Below, in pieces: positions 10,474-18,566 of a DNA stretch of 64,000 bases. Under the pieces are notes generated by a model. The model saw nothing but the letters and a program-made list of their open reading frames with translations. It had not been told where the DNA came from and did not search any database. Both the position numbers and the translations under genes were made by a program. The stretch's first letter is position 1. Every line of letters begins with the position of its first letter. The stretch is from Gemmatimonadaceae bacterium. GTDB taxonomy: Bacteria > Gemmatimonadota > Gemmatimonadetes > Gemmatimonadales > Gemmatimonadaceae. The stretch covers positions 1,181,722 through 1,245,721 of the forward strand of contig JBHYGA010000001.1 of assembly GCA_051859245.1 (NCBI GenBank). Reading direction: 5' to 3'.

Positions 10474-11460
10474 ATGGCTCAGTCATCGTCCGCGCCTGTT
10501 TCGGCGTTTCTCCGTCATCACTTCCGTCACTTCAACGCGGCGGCGCTCATTGACGCCGCTGACGGCTACACGCGCCACATCGATGCGGGTGGCAAGATGA
10601 TGGTGACGCTGGCCGGCGCCATGAGCAGTGCCGAACTTGGCCTCTCGCTCGCCGACATGATTCGTGCCGGCAAAGTGCATGCGATCACGTGCACCGGTGC
10701 GAACCTCGAAGAAGACGTGTTCAATCTCGTGGCGCATGATCACTACGTGCGCGTGCCTAACTATCGCGATCTCACGCCACAGGATGAAGAAGCGTTGCTG
10801 GCGCGCCATCTCAATCGCGTGACCGACACCTGCATTCCGGAAGAGGAAGCGATTCGTCGCATTGAGAAAGCCATTCTTGCCGAATGGCAGGCGGCCGATC
10901 AGTCGGGCGCGCGGTATTTTCCGCACGAGTTCATGTATCGGATTCTGCTGAGCGGCGCGCTCGAAGAGTATTATCAGATTGATCCGAAGAACTCGTGGCT
11001 GCTCGCGGCGGCGCAAGCGAATCTTCCGATCTATGTACCGGGCTGGGAAGACGCGACACTCGGCAACATCTTCGCGTCGCATGTGATCGACGGCAGTGTG
11101 AAGAATGTGCACACGGTACGCACCGGCATCGAGTACATGATGCATCTGGCCGAGTGGTACACGGAGACCACCCGCAACACGACGGTTGGGTTTTTCCAGA
11201 TTGGTGGCGGCATTGCGGGCGACTTTCCGATCTGCGTTGTGCCCATGCTGCATCAGGACTTGCAGCGCACGGAAGTGCCGCTGTGGGGCTACTTCTGTCA
11301 GATCAGCGACAGCACCACGAGCTACGGTTCGTACTCCGGTGCGGTGCCCAACGAGAAGATCACGTGGGGCAAGCTTGGTGTGGATACGCCCAAGTTCATC
11401 ATCGAGTCCGACGCGTCGATCGTTGCGCCGCTGATTTTTGCGCTGGTGCTCGGCCAGTAA
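10474..11460 (+). CDS. deoxyhypusine synthase-like protein
   Basis: LAGAMS, TGANLEED, GGGIAGDF, GSYSGAVPNEKITWGK (catalytic Lys motif). Confidence 0.92.
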   Translation: MAQSSSAPVSAFLRHHFRHFNAAALIDAADGYTRHIDAGGKMMVTLAGAMSSAELGLSLADMIRAGKVHAITCTGANLEEDVFNLVAHDHYVRVPNYRDLTPQDEEALLARHLNRVTDTCIPEEEAIRRIEKAILAEWQAADQSGARYFPHEFMYRILLSGALEEYYQIDPKNSWLLAAAQANLPIYVPGWEDATLGNIFASHVIDGSVKNVHTVRTGIEYMMHLAEWYTETTRNTTVGFFQIGGGIAGDFPICVVPMLHQDLQRTEVPLWGYFCQISDSTTSYGSYSGAVPNEKITWGKLGVDTPKFIIESDASIVAPLIFALVLGQ

Positions 11461-11479
11461 AACGAGCGGACTCGGCGCG

Positions 11480-12274
11480 TTATGGCGTCGAGTCCACCAC
11501 GTTTGCGCGTGCCTGGGGCAGCGCCGGAACACGCAAGCGCTGTCCGGCACGCACATCGTCGTCGCGCAACCCGTTGAGTTGCCGCAAGACGTCAATCGAG
11601 CTGTTGTACTGCCGCGCAATCGACGTGAGTGTTTGTCCTCTTTCGATCACGTGTGTGGTGTAGCGCTCCGGTTGCACGGGCGCGATACCTGAACGTTGCA
11701 CACGAGCCGCGTCGTCGCTCACACGACGACGTTCGCGTGTTGCCACCTGCGCGATGGCGCTGGTCGCGGCGATGGCGCCGTCGTCTACGCGCAGCGTGAC
11801 CGCGCGATCCGGTGTGCGCAGCAGTACGCGCTTCGTGTCGCTCGTTGAGTCCACAGACATGACGAATGCCGATTCGTAGGGCCAGGACTCCAGATACAGG
11901 GCGAGCGGTCCACCATCGACGGGTCGCAGGAGCGTGACCGGTGGCGCGCCCACGTAGAGCAGTCGGCGATCGGTTGCCACCAGCAGGCCATGCGAGAGGC
12001 GCCAGAGGTCGGACGGTCGACGCTGCGAGGCAAAGGTTCGGGCCAGCACGCGCTCACCGGACAGGAGCAGTGCGCTCAGCTCGCGCTCGGCTGTTTCCCG
12101 GGCAATGCGTCGCGTGCCGATGGGCGAAACCACGCTGGCCGCGGCGGTTAGGCCGATGACGAGCGCCACCATCGAGGCGCGAGAGAGCGCCAGGACGAGC
12201 CGGCGCATGGGCCGGTTGGGCCGGGTTCGACTGAACGGATCGACGGGCAGGGGTTCCCGCGCGGGAGCGGTCAT
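11480..12274 (-). CDS. membrane-anchored protein with PH-like domain and C-terminal LysM domain
   Basis: N-terminal TM; HVIERGQTLTSIARQYNSSIDVLRQLNGL..VRAGQRLRVP. Confidence 0.85.
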   Translation of the reverse strand: MTAPAREPLPVDPFSRTRPNRPMRRLVLALSRASMVALVIGLTAAASVVSPIGTRRIARETAERELSALLLSGERVLARTFASQRRPSDLWRLSHGLLVATDRRLLYVGAPPVTLLRPVDGGPLALYLESWPYESAFVMSVDSTSDTKRVLLRTPDRAVTLRVDDGAIAATSAIAQVATRERRRVSDDAARVQRSGIAPVQPERYTTHVIERGQTLTSIARQYNSSIDVLRQLNGLRDDDVRAGQRLRVPALPQARANVVDSTP

Positions 12275-12318
12275 AGCGGCAAGCTAGGCGGTCTGGCCGG
12301 TCTGAAGAAAGGAAAAGC

Positions 12319-12351
12319 TTGACATTTCCGCGTTGCCAATACGTATTAGCA
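12319..12351 (+). promoter_or_regulatory. TTGACA -35 element plus palindromic LacI-type operator TGC-C-AATACGTATT-A-GCA
   Basis: TTGACA at 12319-12324; near-perfect 18-bp palindrome with central CG at 12334-12351, over the expected -10 region. Confidence 0.7.
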
Positions 12352-12383
12352 CCACGCAGCGGCGCATTTTCTTCATCCCTCCC

Positions 12384-13448
12384 ATGCCTCCCGCACACAA
12401 ACCGCCTTCAGCCCGAGTGACCATTCGCGACGTTGCCGTGCGCGCTGGGGTGTCCCAGCCGACGGCGTCGCTGGTGCTGGGCAAGCATCCGCGGGCTCGA
12501 GTAGCGCCGGCCACCCGCGAGCGCGTCATCGCCGCCGCCCATGCCCTCGGCTACCGACCGAACGTGGTCGCACGGTCGCTGGTGCACGGGCGCTCGTTTG
12601 CGCTGGGCGTGGTGGTGCCCGATCTGCGAAATCCCTTCGTGATGGATGTGGTGGCGGGTGCAGAGCGTGTCGCGTCGTCGGCGGGTTACGCGGTCCTTTT
12701 GTGCGACCAGTCAGCGCGACCGGCGGCGGCGCACCTTGAAACGCTCCTGGCACGCCAGATCGACGGCGTGCTGCTGGACGCTGCAGGTGCCGCCGCTCTC
12801 CCTGATGATGCGCTGCGCGGTGTGAACGTGGTGCTGATCGATGAGCCGGCGGATCGTTGGCCTGGTGTGGCGACCGACGCGCGCGCGGCAGGCCGACTCG
12901 CGGCGGAGCACCTGCTCGATCTTGGCCATCGAACGTTTGCGTTCATCGGGCCCGCCGCCGATGTGCACGCCTATCGCATGCGCGAGCGGGGCTTTGCGGA
13001 AACGGTGCGCGCCGCGGGTGTGGCCATGCCAAGCGAGCGGTGGCGGCGTGAACCCGCCACCGTGGCGGGAGGGCAGCACGCCATGCGCGCGCTGCTGGCG
13101 TTGCGGCCACGTCCGACCGCGGTGTTCTGCGCCAATGACCTGATCGCCATTGGGGCTGTCAAGCAGTGCCTTACGCAGGGTGTGTCGCTGCCTGACCAGC
13201 TGTCAGTGGTTGGCTGCGACGACATTGAAATGGCGCGGCTGATTACGCCCGAGCTCACCACGATTGCGATCCCGGCGCGAGAACTCGGCGCACGCGCTGC
13301 ACGACTCTTGTTGTCGTACATCGAACATCGTGACGATCCACCCGATCCCGCGACCGTCGCCGCGCGTCGCGCTCTGTCGCGCGCATTGCCGGTGCGCCTG
13401 GTGTCGCGTGCCTCAAGCGCTGTGGCGCCTGCAGGAGCCGTGTCGTGA
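12384..13448 (+). CDS. LacI family transcriptional regulator
   Basis: TIRDVAVRAGVSQPTAS HTH, LGYRPNVVARSL, PTAVFCANDLIAIG. Confidence 0.95.
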   Translation: MPPAHKPPSARVTIRDVAVRAGVSQPTASLVLGKHPRARVAPATRERVIAAAHALGYRPNVVARSLVHGRSFALGVVVPDLRNPFVMDVVAGAERVASSAGYAVLLCDQSARPAAAHLETLLARQIDGVLLDAAGAAALPDDALRGVNVVLIDEPADRWPGVATDARAAGRLAAEHLLDLGHRTFAFIGPAADVHAYRMRERGFAETVRAAGVAMPSERWRREPATVAGGQHAMRALLALRPRPTAVFCANDLIAIGAVKQCLTQGVSLPDQLSVVGCDDIEMARLITPELTTIAIPARELGARAARLLLSYIEHRDDPPDPATVAARRALSRALPVRLVSRASSAVAPAGAVS

Positions 13449-14473
13449 GCGATCGGCCGTCTGCCATCATCACGGGAACCGGCCACGCGCTGCCGTCACG
13501 ACGCGTGACCAATGCAGAGCTGAGCGCGCAACTCGGCGAAGACATTGCACCGTTCGTGTCGGGAACGCTCGGCATTGATGAGCGCTGGTGGTGTGCCGAT
13601 GGGGAAAGCACCGCTGATCTCGCGGAACAGGCCGGACGTGCCGCGATGCGCGCGGCTGGCGTGGAGCCGAACTCGATCGATCTGCTCATCGTTGCGACGG
13701 ACACGCCAGAGTATGTGTCGCCGGCCACGAGCTCTGAAGTGCAGGGACGGCTCGGATGTACACGCGCTGGCACGTTTGATCTCAACGCCGGATGCGCGGG
13801 CTTTGTGACGGCGCTCGATGTGGCGTGGAAGTATCTGCGTGCTGATGACCGATACCAGCGCGTGCTCGTGATCGGCGCGTACACCATGTCGAAGTGGCTT
13901 GACCCGCGCGACAAAAAAACGATCACGATTTTTGCTGATGGAGCGGGCGCCGTGGTGCTGGAGCGCGGCTCGCGTGATGGAATATTGACGAGCGAGTTGT
14001 ACGCCGACGGCTCGTTGTCGCGCGATATGGGCGTGTTCGCCGGCGGTTCGCACGAGCCGATTACTGCGCGCGTGCTGGAAGACGGCACGCGCAATCGTTT
14101 GCGTTTTGTGCGCAAGTATCCGGCCTCCGTGAATGAAGAAGGGTGGCCTCGCATTGTGCGGTCGGTGCTCGCGCGCGCTGGTGCGGAGCCGCGCGATGTG
14201 CAGCTGTGGTTCTGGACGCAGGTCAATCGCTCCACGATTGTGGAGGTGATGCGGCGGCTCGAGGTGCCGATGGAACGCGCGCACACCATCATGCACAAGT
14301 GGGGTTACACCGGATCCGCGTGTTTGCCAATGGCGCTTGATGACGCCGTGCAGGCCGGGCGGTTGCACGACGGCGACCTCATTGTCTTTACCGGGTCGGG
14401 CGCCGGGCTGGCGATGGGTTCGCTGGCCATGCGCTGGCGTACGTCGCGCGAGAAGGCGGGATCCGCACCATGA
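13445..14473 (+). CDS. 3-oxoacyl-ACP synthase III (FabH)-fold protein, non-canonical active site
   Basis: FDLNAGCAGF (Cys), IFADGAGAVV, GSGAG; TQVN in place of HQAN and GYT in place of GNT. Confidence 0.88.
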   Translation: MSDRPSAIITGTGHALPSRRVTNAELSAQLGEDIAPFVSGTLGIDERWWCADGESTADLAEQAGRAAMRAAGVEPNSIDLLIVATDTPEYVSPATSSEVQGRLGCTRAGTFDLNAGCAGFVTALDVAWKYLRADDRYQRVLVIGAYTMSKWLDPRDKKTITIFADGAGAVVLERGSRDGILTSELYADGSLSRDMGVFAGGSHEPITARVLEDGTRNRLRFVRKYPASVNEEGWPRIVRSVLARAGAEPRDVQLWFWTQVNRSTIVEVMRRLEVPMERAHTIMHKWGYTGSACLPMALDDAVQAGRLHDGDLIVFTGSGAGLAMGSLAMRWRTSREKAGSAP

Positions 14474-16125
14474 CGCAGTCGCTCGTGCATGTGCTGCTGG
14501 AGCGGGCGGCCGCCACACCAGACGGTGTGGCGTACCGCGTGCTGTCTCGTGGCGCCACCGCGCTGGGTGAAACGATGACGTGGCGCGAGTGGGCGCGCAG
14601 TGCAGAACGTGTGGCGCGCGCATTGATCGCACGCGGTGTGGCGGTGGGTGATCGCATTCTCATCTTCTCCGACAATCGCGCGCTGTGGCCCATTGTGGAT
14701 CTTGGTGCGCTGATGGCCGGTGCGGTGAGCGTTGGTGCGTATCCCACCAGTGCCGCGGCGCAGGTGGCATCGCAACTGCGCGATTCTGGCGCACAGGTTG
14801 TATTTGTTGACTCCGCCGCTCGGCGAAACATCGTGCGCAGCGTGCGCGATCAGCGCGCGTTCAATCCCGCCGTAGTGGTGGATGCACCGCACGCTGCAGA
14901 CGCGCGTGAGCCGTACGAATCGGACTGGACGAGTTTTCTGCGTGAGGGCGACGTTCACCGGGACGCCCTGGATGAGCATCGCCGCGCGCGATTGCAGGCG
15001 CTCACGCTCGATCAGGATGCCATGCTCATCTACACCTCGGGTTCTACGGGCGAACCCAGAGGCGCGCGCATTTCGCATCGGTACCTGCTGGCGTCGGCGC
15101 AGAGCATTGCGCACACGTTGGGACTACAGCCGAGTGACTCTGGCGTGTCATTTTTGCCGTTCTGTCACGCCGCTGAGCGCGTCTTCGGCATGTGCGTGCG
15201 CTTGCACGTGGGCATGAGTGCGGTGCTGGTCGAGGCACCGGAGGATGTGTTTACGGCGACGCGTCTCTTTGAGCCGACCGTGTTTGGCGGATTGCCAAGA
15301 CTCTTTGAAAAGTTGGCGCGTGCGGCCCAGCAAGCGCACACCGGGGCTGACGCTGCGCGCGCGATCCACGCGTTGCTGGGCACGCGTTGCCGGATTGCTA
15401 CTTCAGGTGGCGCTGCGCTCGACGCATCCGTCGCGGAAGCATTACACGCGGCGGGCCTCACGGTGCTCGGCGCGTACGGGCAAACGGAGCACCTGTGTAT
15501 TGCGATGAACAGACCTGACGCGGCGCGCTTTGATACCGTTGGTCCGGTGATGCCGGGAACAACGGTGCGCATCGCCGACGACGGCGAGCTATTGGTGCAG
15601 CGTAGTGCGCTCACCTTCTCCGGATACTTTGAAAAGCCGGCGGAAAGCGAGGCGGCATTTACGGCCGACGGTGAGTGGTTACACACTGGCGATCTCGCGG
15701 AACAGGACGCCGATGGCTCGTTGCGCATTGTGGGGCGTCGCAAGGAGTTGATCGCGCTCTCCACGGGAAAAAAGGTGGCGCCGCTACCGATTGAAGCGGC
15801 GTTGAGTGCGTCACCATTGATTGCCTCGGCCATGTGTTATGGCGAAGGACGTCGTTTTCTCTCGGCCGTGCTGCAGTTGCAGCCGGAGGCCGTGCGGGCG
15901 CTGCCGTCGATACGCTCGGCGGTGCAAGCCCACGTCGACACGGTCAACCATGCACTCTCGCGAACCGAACAAGTGCGCGCTTTCGTGATTGCCACCGCGC
16001 CATGGACGGTGGAAACGGGCGAACTCACACCAACACTCAAGCTCAAGCGACCTGTGATCACTGCGCAGTTTCAAGACGCACTGGATGCCCTGTATGCCGA
16101 ATCGTCAGGCGCGGTGATGACATGA
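14470..16125 (+). CDS. long-chain-fatty-acid--CoA ligase-type AMP-binding enzyme
   Basis: YTSGSTGEPRG, AYGQTE, WLHTGD, ELTPTLKLKR. Confidence 0.92.
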   Translation: MTQSLVHVLLERAAATPDGVAYRVLSRGATALGETMTWREWARSAERVARALIARGVAVGDRILIFSDNRALWPIVDLGALMAGAVSVGAYPTSAAAQVASQLRDSGAQVVFVDSAARRNIVRSVRDQRAFNPAVVVDAPHAADAREPYESDWTSFLREGDVHRDALDEHRRARLQALTLDQDAMLIYTSGSTGEPRGARISHRYLLASAQSIAHTLGLQPSDSGVSFLPFCHAAERVFGMCVRLHVGMSAVLVEAPEDVFTATRLFEPTVFGGLPRLFEKLARAAQQAHTGADAARAIHALLGTRCRIATSGGAALDASVAEALHAAGLTVLGAYGQTEHLCIAMNRPDAARFDTVGPVMPGTTVRIADDGELLVQRSALTFSGYFEKPAESEAAFTADGEWLHTGDLAEQDADGSLRIVGRRKELIALSTGKKVAPLPIEAALSASPLIASAMCYGEGRRFLSAVLQLQPEAVRALPSIRSAVQAHVDTVNHALSRTEQVRAFVIATAPWTVETGELTPTLKLKRPVITAQFQDALDALYAESSGAVMT

Positions 16126-16607
16126 GTTCGTCCAACTCGGTGCGCGCGTGGGCGCTGCGAGCGCTCGTGATTGGTGTGGTGTGTATTGCACTTGCCTACG
16201 CCAGCGCATTTCTGCCGCAGCCCTATTCGCTGGCGGGACCGTGGCTGATGGCCGTGATGATGCCGGTCGCGATGTTCGCCATGATGACGCTCGGCGCGGT
16301 GCGCGACGTACGCGGGCTTGGCCCGCTTGCAGTGCCGTTCGTGCTTGTGCTTGGTTTGGTAGCCGGCGGATTTGTTGTAGCGCTCGCACTGCCACCGGAA
16401 ACGGTTGATACGCCGCTGCTGCTGGGGCTGCCGAGACGCGCCGCGGTGATTCTGTTTGGTGTGGGACTGTTGCCGTTGTTTGTGTTGCCGATTGTGTACG
16501 CACTCACGTTCGATCGGCTCACGCTTGATGATGACGACATTGCGCGGGTCCGTGCCGCGCGCCTGCCCGAAACAACATCGATTGGCGCACGCGAGGGCAC
16601 GCACTGA
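16122..16607 (+). CDS. small 4-TM membrane protein, probable symporter accessory subunit
   Basis: ATGA overlap upstream, TGATG overlap with the symporter; four hydrophobic segments. Confidence 0.7.
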   Translation: MSSSNSVRAWALRALVIGVVCIALAYASAFLPQPYSLAGPWLMAVMMPVAMFAMMTLGAVRDVRGLGPLAVPFVLVLGLVAGGFVVALALPPETVDTPLLLGLPRRAAVILFGVGLLPLFVLPIVYALTFDRLTLDDDDIARVRAARLPETTSIGAREGTH

Positions 16608-18127
16608 TGCGGGTTCCTGACATGCTTGCACTGCTGCAAACGAGTGCATTGCCAACGCTCAAGCAACCGGTGATCGCAGCGGTTGCGGTGGCGTATTTCG
16701 TAGTGGTAGCCGTGATCGGTACCTGGGCGTCGCGCCGCACGCGATCGGCGGCTGATTTTTTTGTCGCCGGCAAGGGCATTGGCCTGTTCACGCTGGCGAT
16801 CGCATCGATGGCGGCCACGCTCTCTGGATTTGCGTTCATTGGCGGACCCGGACTTGTGTACACCGTTGGTCTTGGCGCGGTGTTCATTGTGCTGCCCGCC
16901 GCGCTCACCAACTCCATGGGCGCGTGGGTCATGGCCAAGCGGTTGCGTCTGCTCGCCGAGGTGCGCGAGATGATGACGATACCCGACGCTATTGGCGCGC
17001 GGTATCAATCGCGCGCGGCGCAGGGGCTGTCCGCGGTTGCGATCATCATTGCGGTGATCGGTTACATGGCCACCAACATTCTGGCGCTTGGGTTGGTGAT
17101 TGACGCGATCTTTGCGCCTGGTCTCGCCGCATCCATCTGGATTGGCACGATCATTGTCCTCGCGTATTCGGTGTCGGGAGGAATTCTTGCCGGCATCTAC
17201 AACGATGTGTTTCAGGGCACGCTGATGGCGGTGGCCTCGGGCGTGGTGTTCTGGTACGCACTTGAAGCGGGCGGCGGGTTTGCCGGCATGTCGCGTACGA
17301 TTCTCGCCACCGACGCCGGGTTACTGTCGCCGTGGGGCAAGCTTACGCCGCTCGCGGCGTTGTCTTTTTACTTCGTGTTTGGCCTCGGCTCGCTGGGGCA
17401 GCCGCACGTAGTTCACAAGTTCTTCATGCTGCGTGATGCGCGCCGTCTCAAGTGGTTTCCACTCTTGATGACCGGCGCGTTGTTCGTGTCGCTGCTGCTC
17501 TTTATTGGCGTTGGGCTGGCGATGAAGGCGCTCGTACTGAGCGGCGCCACACCGGCGCTGCGCATTGCGGATGACGCTACGCCTGTCTTTCTGCTCAACT
17601 TCACTCCGGTGCCGGTGGCGGCGATCGTGTTCGCGAGTGTCGCGGCGGCCATCATGAGCACGGTGAACTCGTTCATGAGTATCGGTGCCGCGGCGTTCAC
17701 GCATGATCTGCCGGTTGCGTTTGGTACGCGACTGAGCAACGAACTCAAGTGGGGCCGCATCTGGACGGTGGTAATCGCGCTGGTCGCGGCCGTCGTGGCA
17801 CAGGCGTCGGGCACGCTCGTGGCCTTTCTCGGGATTTTCGGATGGGGGCTGTTTGCCTCCACGCTTGTACCCGCGCTGGCGGTGGGACTGAACTGGGCAG
17901 GCGCCACGCGTGCTGGTGCCGTGAGCTCAATCGCGACGGGACTTGTCGTTACGCTGGCCCTCGAGACGCTCGCGTTTCAGAAGGTGTTCACGTTCCCGTC
18001 GGGTGTGACGGCGTCGGCGATCGCGCTGGTGTCATCGTTGCTCGTGTTCTTTGTGGTGTCGTGGCTTACGCGCAGTACGGCTGCGGCCACCCTTTCGTCA
18101 GACGTGCGCGCCGTCATGGAGGCATGA
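16607..18127 (+). CDS. sodium:solute symporter (SSS; PanF/PutP-like)
   Basis: DFFVAGK, SGFAFIGGPG, TIPDAIGARY, GQPHVVHKF, AAIMSTVNS; many TMs. Confidence 0.93.
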   Translation: MRVPDMLALLQTSALPTLKQPVIAAVAVAYFVVVAVIGTWASRRTRSAADFFVAGKGIGLFTLAIASMAATLSGFAFIGGPGLVYTVGLGAVFIVLPAALTNSMGAWVMAKRLRLLAEVREMMTIPDAIGARYQSRAAQGLSAVAIIIAVIGYMATNILALGLVIDAIFAPGLAASIWIGTIIVLAYSVSGGILAGIYNDVFQGTLMAVASGVVFWYALEAGGGFAGMSRTILATDAGLLSPWGKLTPLAALSFYFVFGLGSLGQPHVVHKFFMLRDARRLKWFPLLMTGALFVSLLLFIGVGLAMKALVLSGATPALRIADDATPVFLLNFTPVPVAAIVFASVAAAIMSTVNSFMSIGAAAFTHDLPVAFGTRLSNELKWGRIWTVVIALVAAVVAQASGTLVAFLGIFGWGLFASTLVPALAVGLNWAGATRAGAVSSIATGLVVTLALETLAFQKVFTFPSGVTASAIALVSSLLVFFVVSWLTRSTAAATLSSDVRAVMEA

Positions 18128-18128
18128 C

Positions 18129-18566
18129 ATGGAGTTTGAAGCAATCACCGTCGGAGTCACATCCGAATGGAGCAAGACGGTCTCAGACGCGGATGTGATG
18201 CAGTACGCGAGCATCACGGGAGACTTCAATCCGGTGCATGTAGACGAAGCAGCGGCGGCTGCAAGTCGTTTTGGTGGACGCATCGCGCACGGCATGCTCA
18301 CCGCGGGGTTCATTTCGGCGGCCATTGCCAATGGCGTTCCCGGTCCCGGTGCGATCTACCTGTCGCAAACGCTCGCGTTTCGTCAACCGGTGCGCATCGG
18401 TGACACGATCACCGTGCGCATCGAGGTCGTAGAGATCATGGCACGTACGCGACGCGTGCGATTGACCACGGTGTGTCGCAACCAGAATGGCACCGTTGTG
18501 CTCGACGGTGAAGCAGTGGTGTTGGTCCCTCCTCCATTTTCTCCTCCCACCTCCGGAGACGTCTGA
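18129..18566 (+). CDS. MaoC/PhaJ-type (R)-specific enoyl-CoA hydratase
   Basis: TGDFNPVHVD hydratase motif, IAHGML, PGPGAIYLSQ. Confidence 0.92.
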   Translation: MEFEAITVGVTSEWSKTVSDADVMQYASITGDFNPVHVDEAAAAASRFGGRIAHGMLTAGFISAAIANGVPGPGAIYLSQTLAFRQPVRIGDTITVRIEVVEIMARTRRVRLTTVCRNQNGTVVLDGEAVVLVPPPFSPPTSGDV

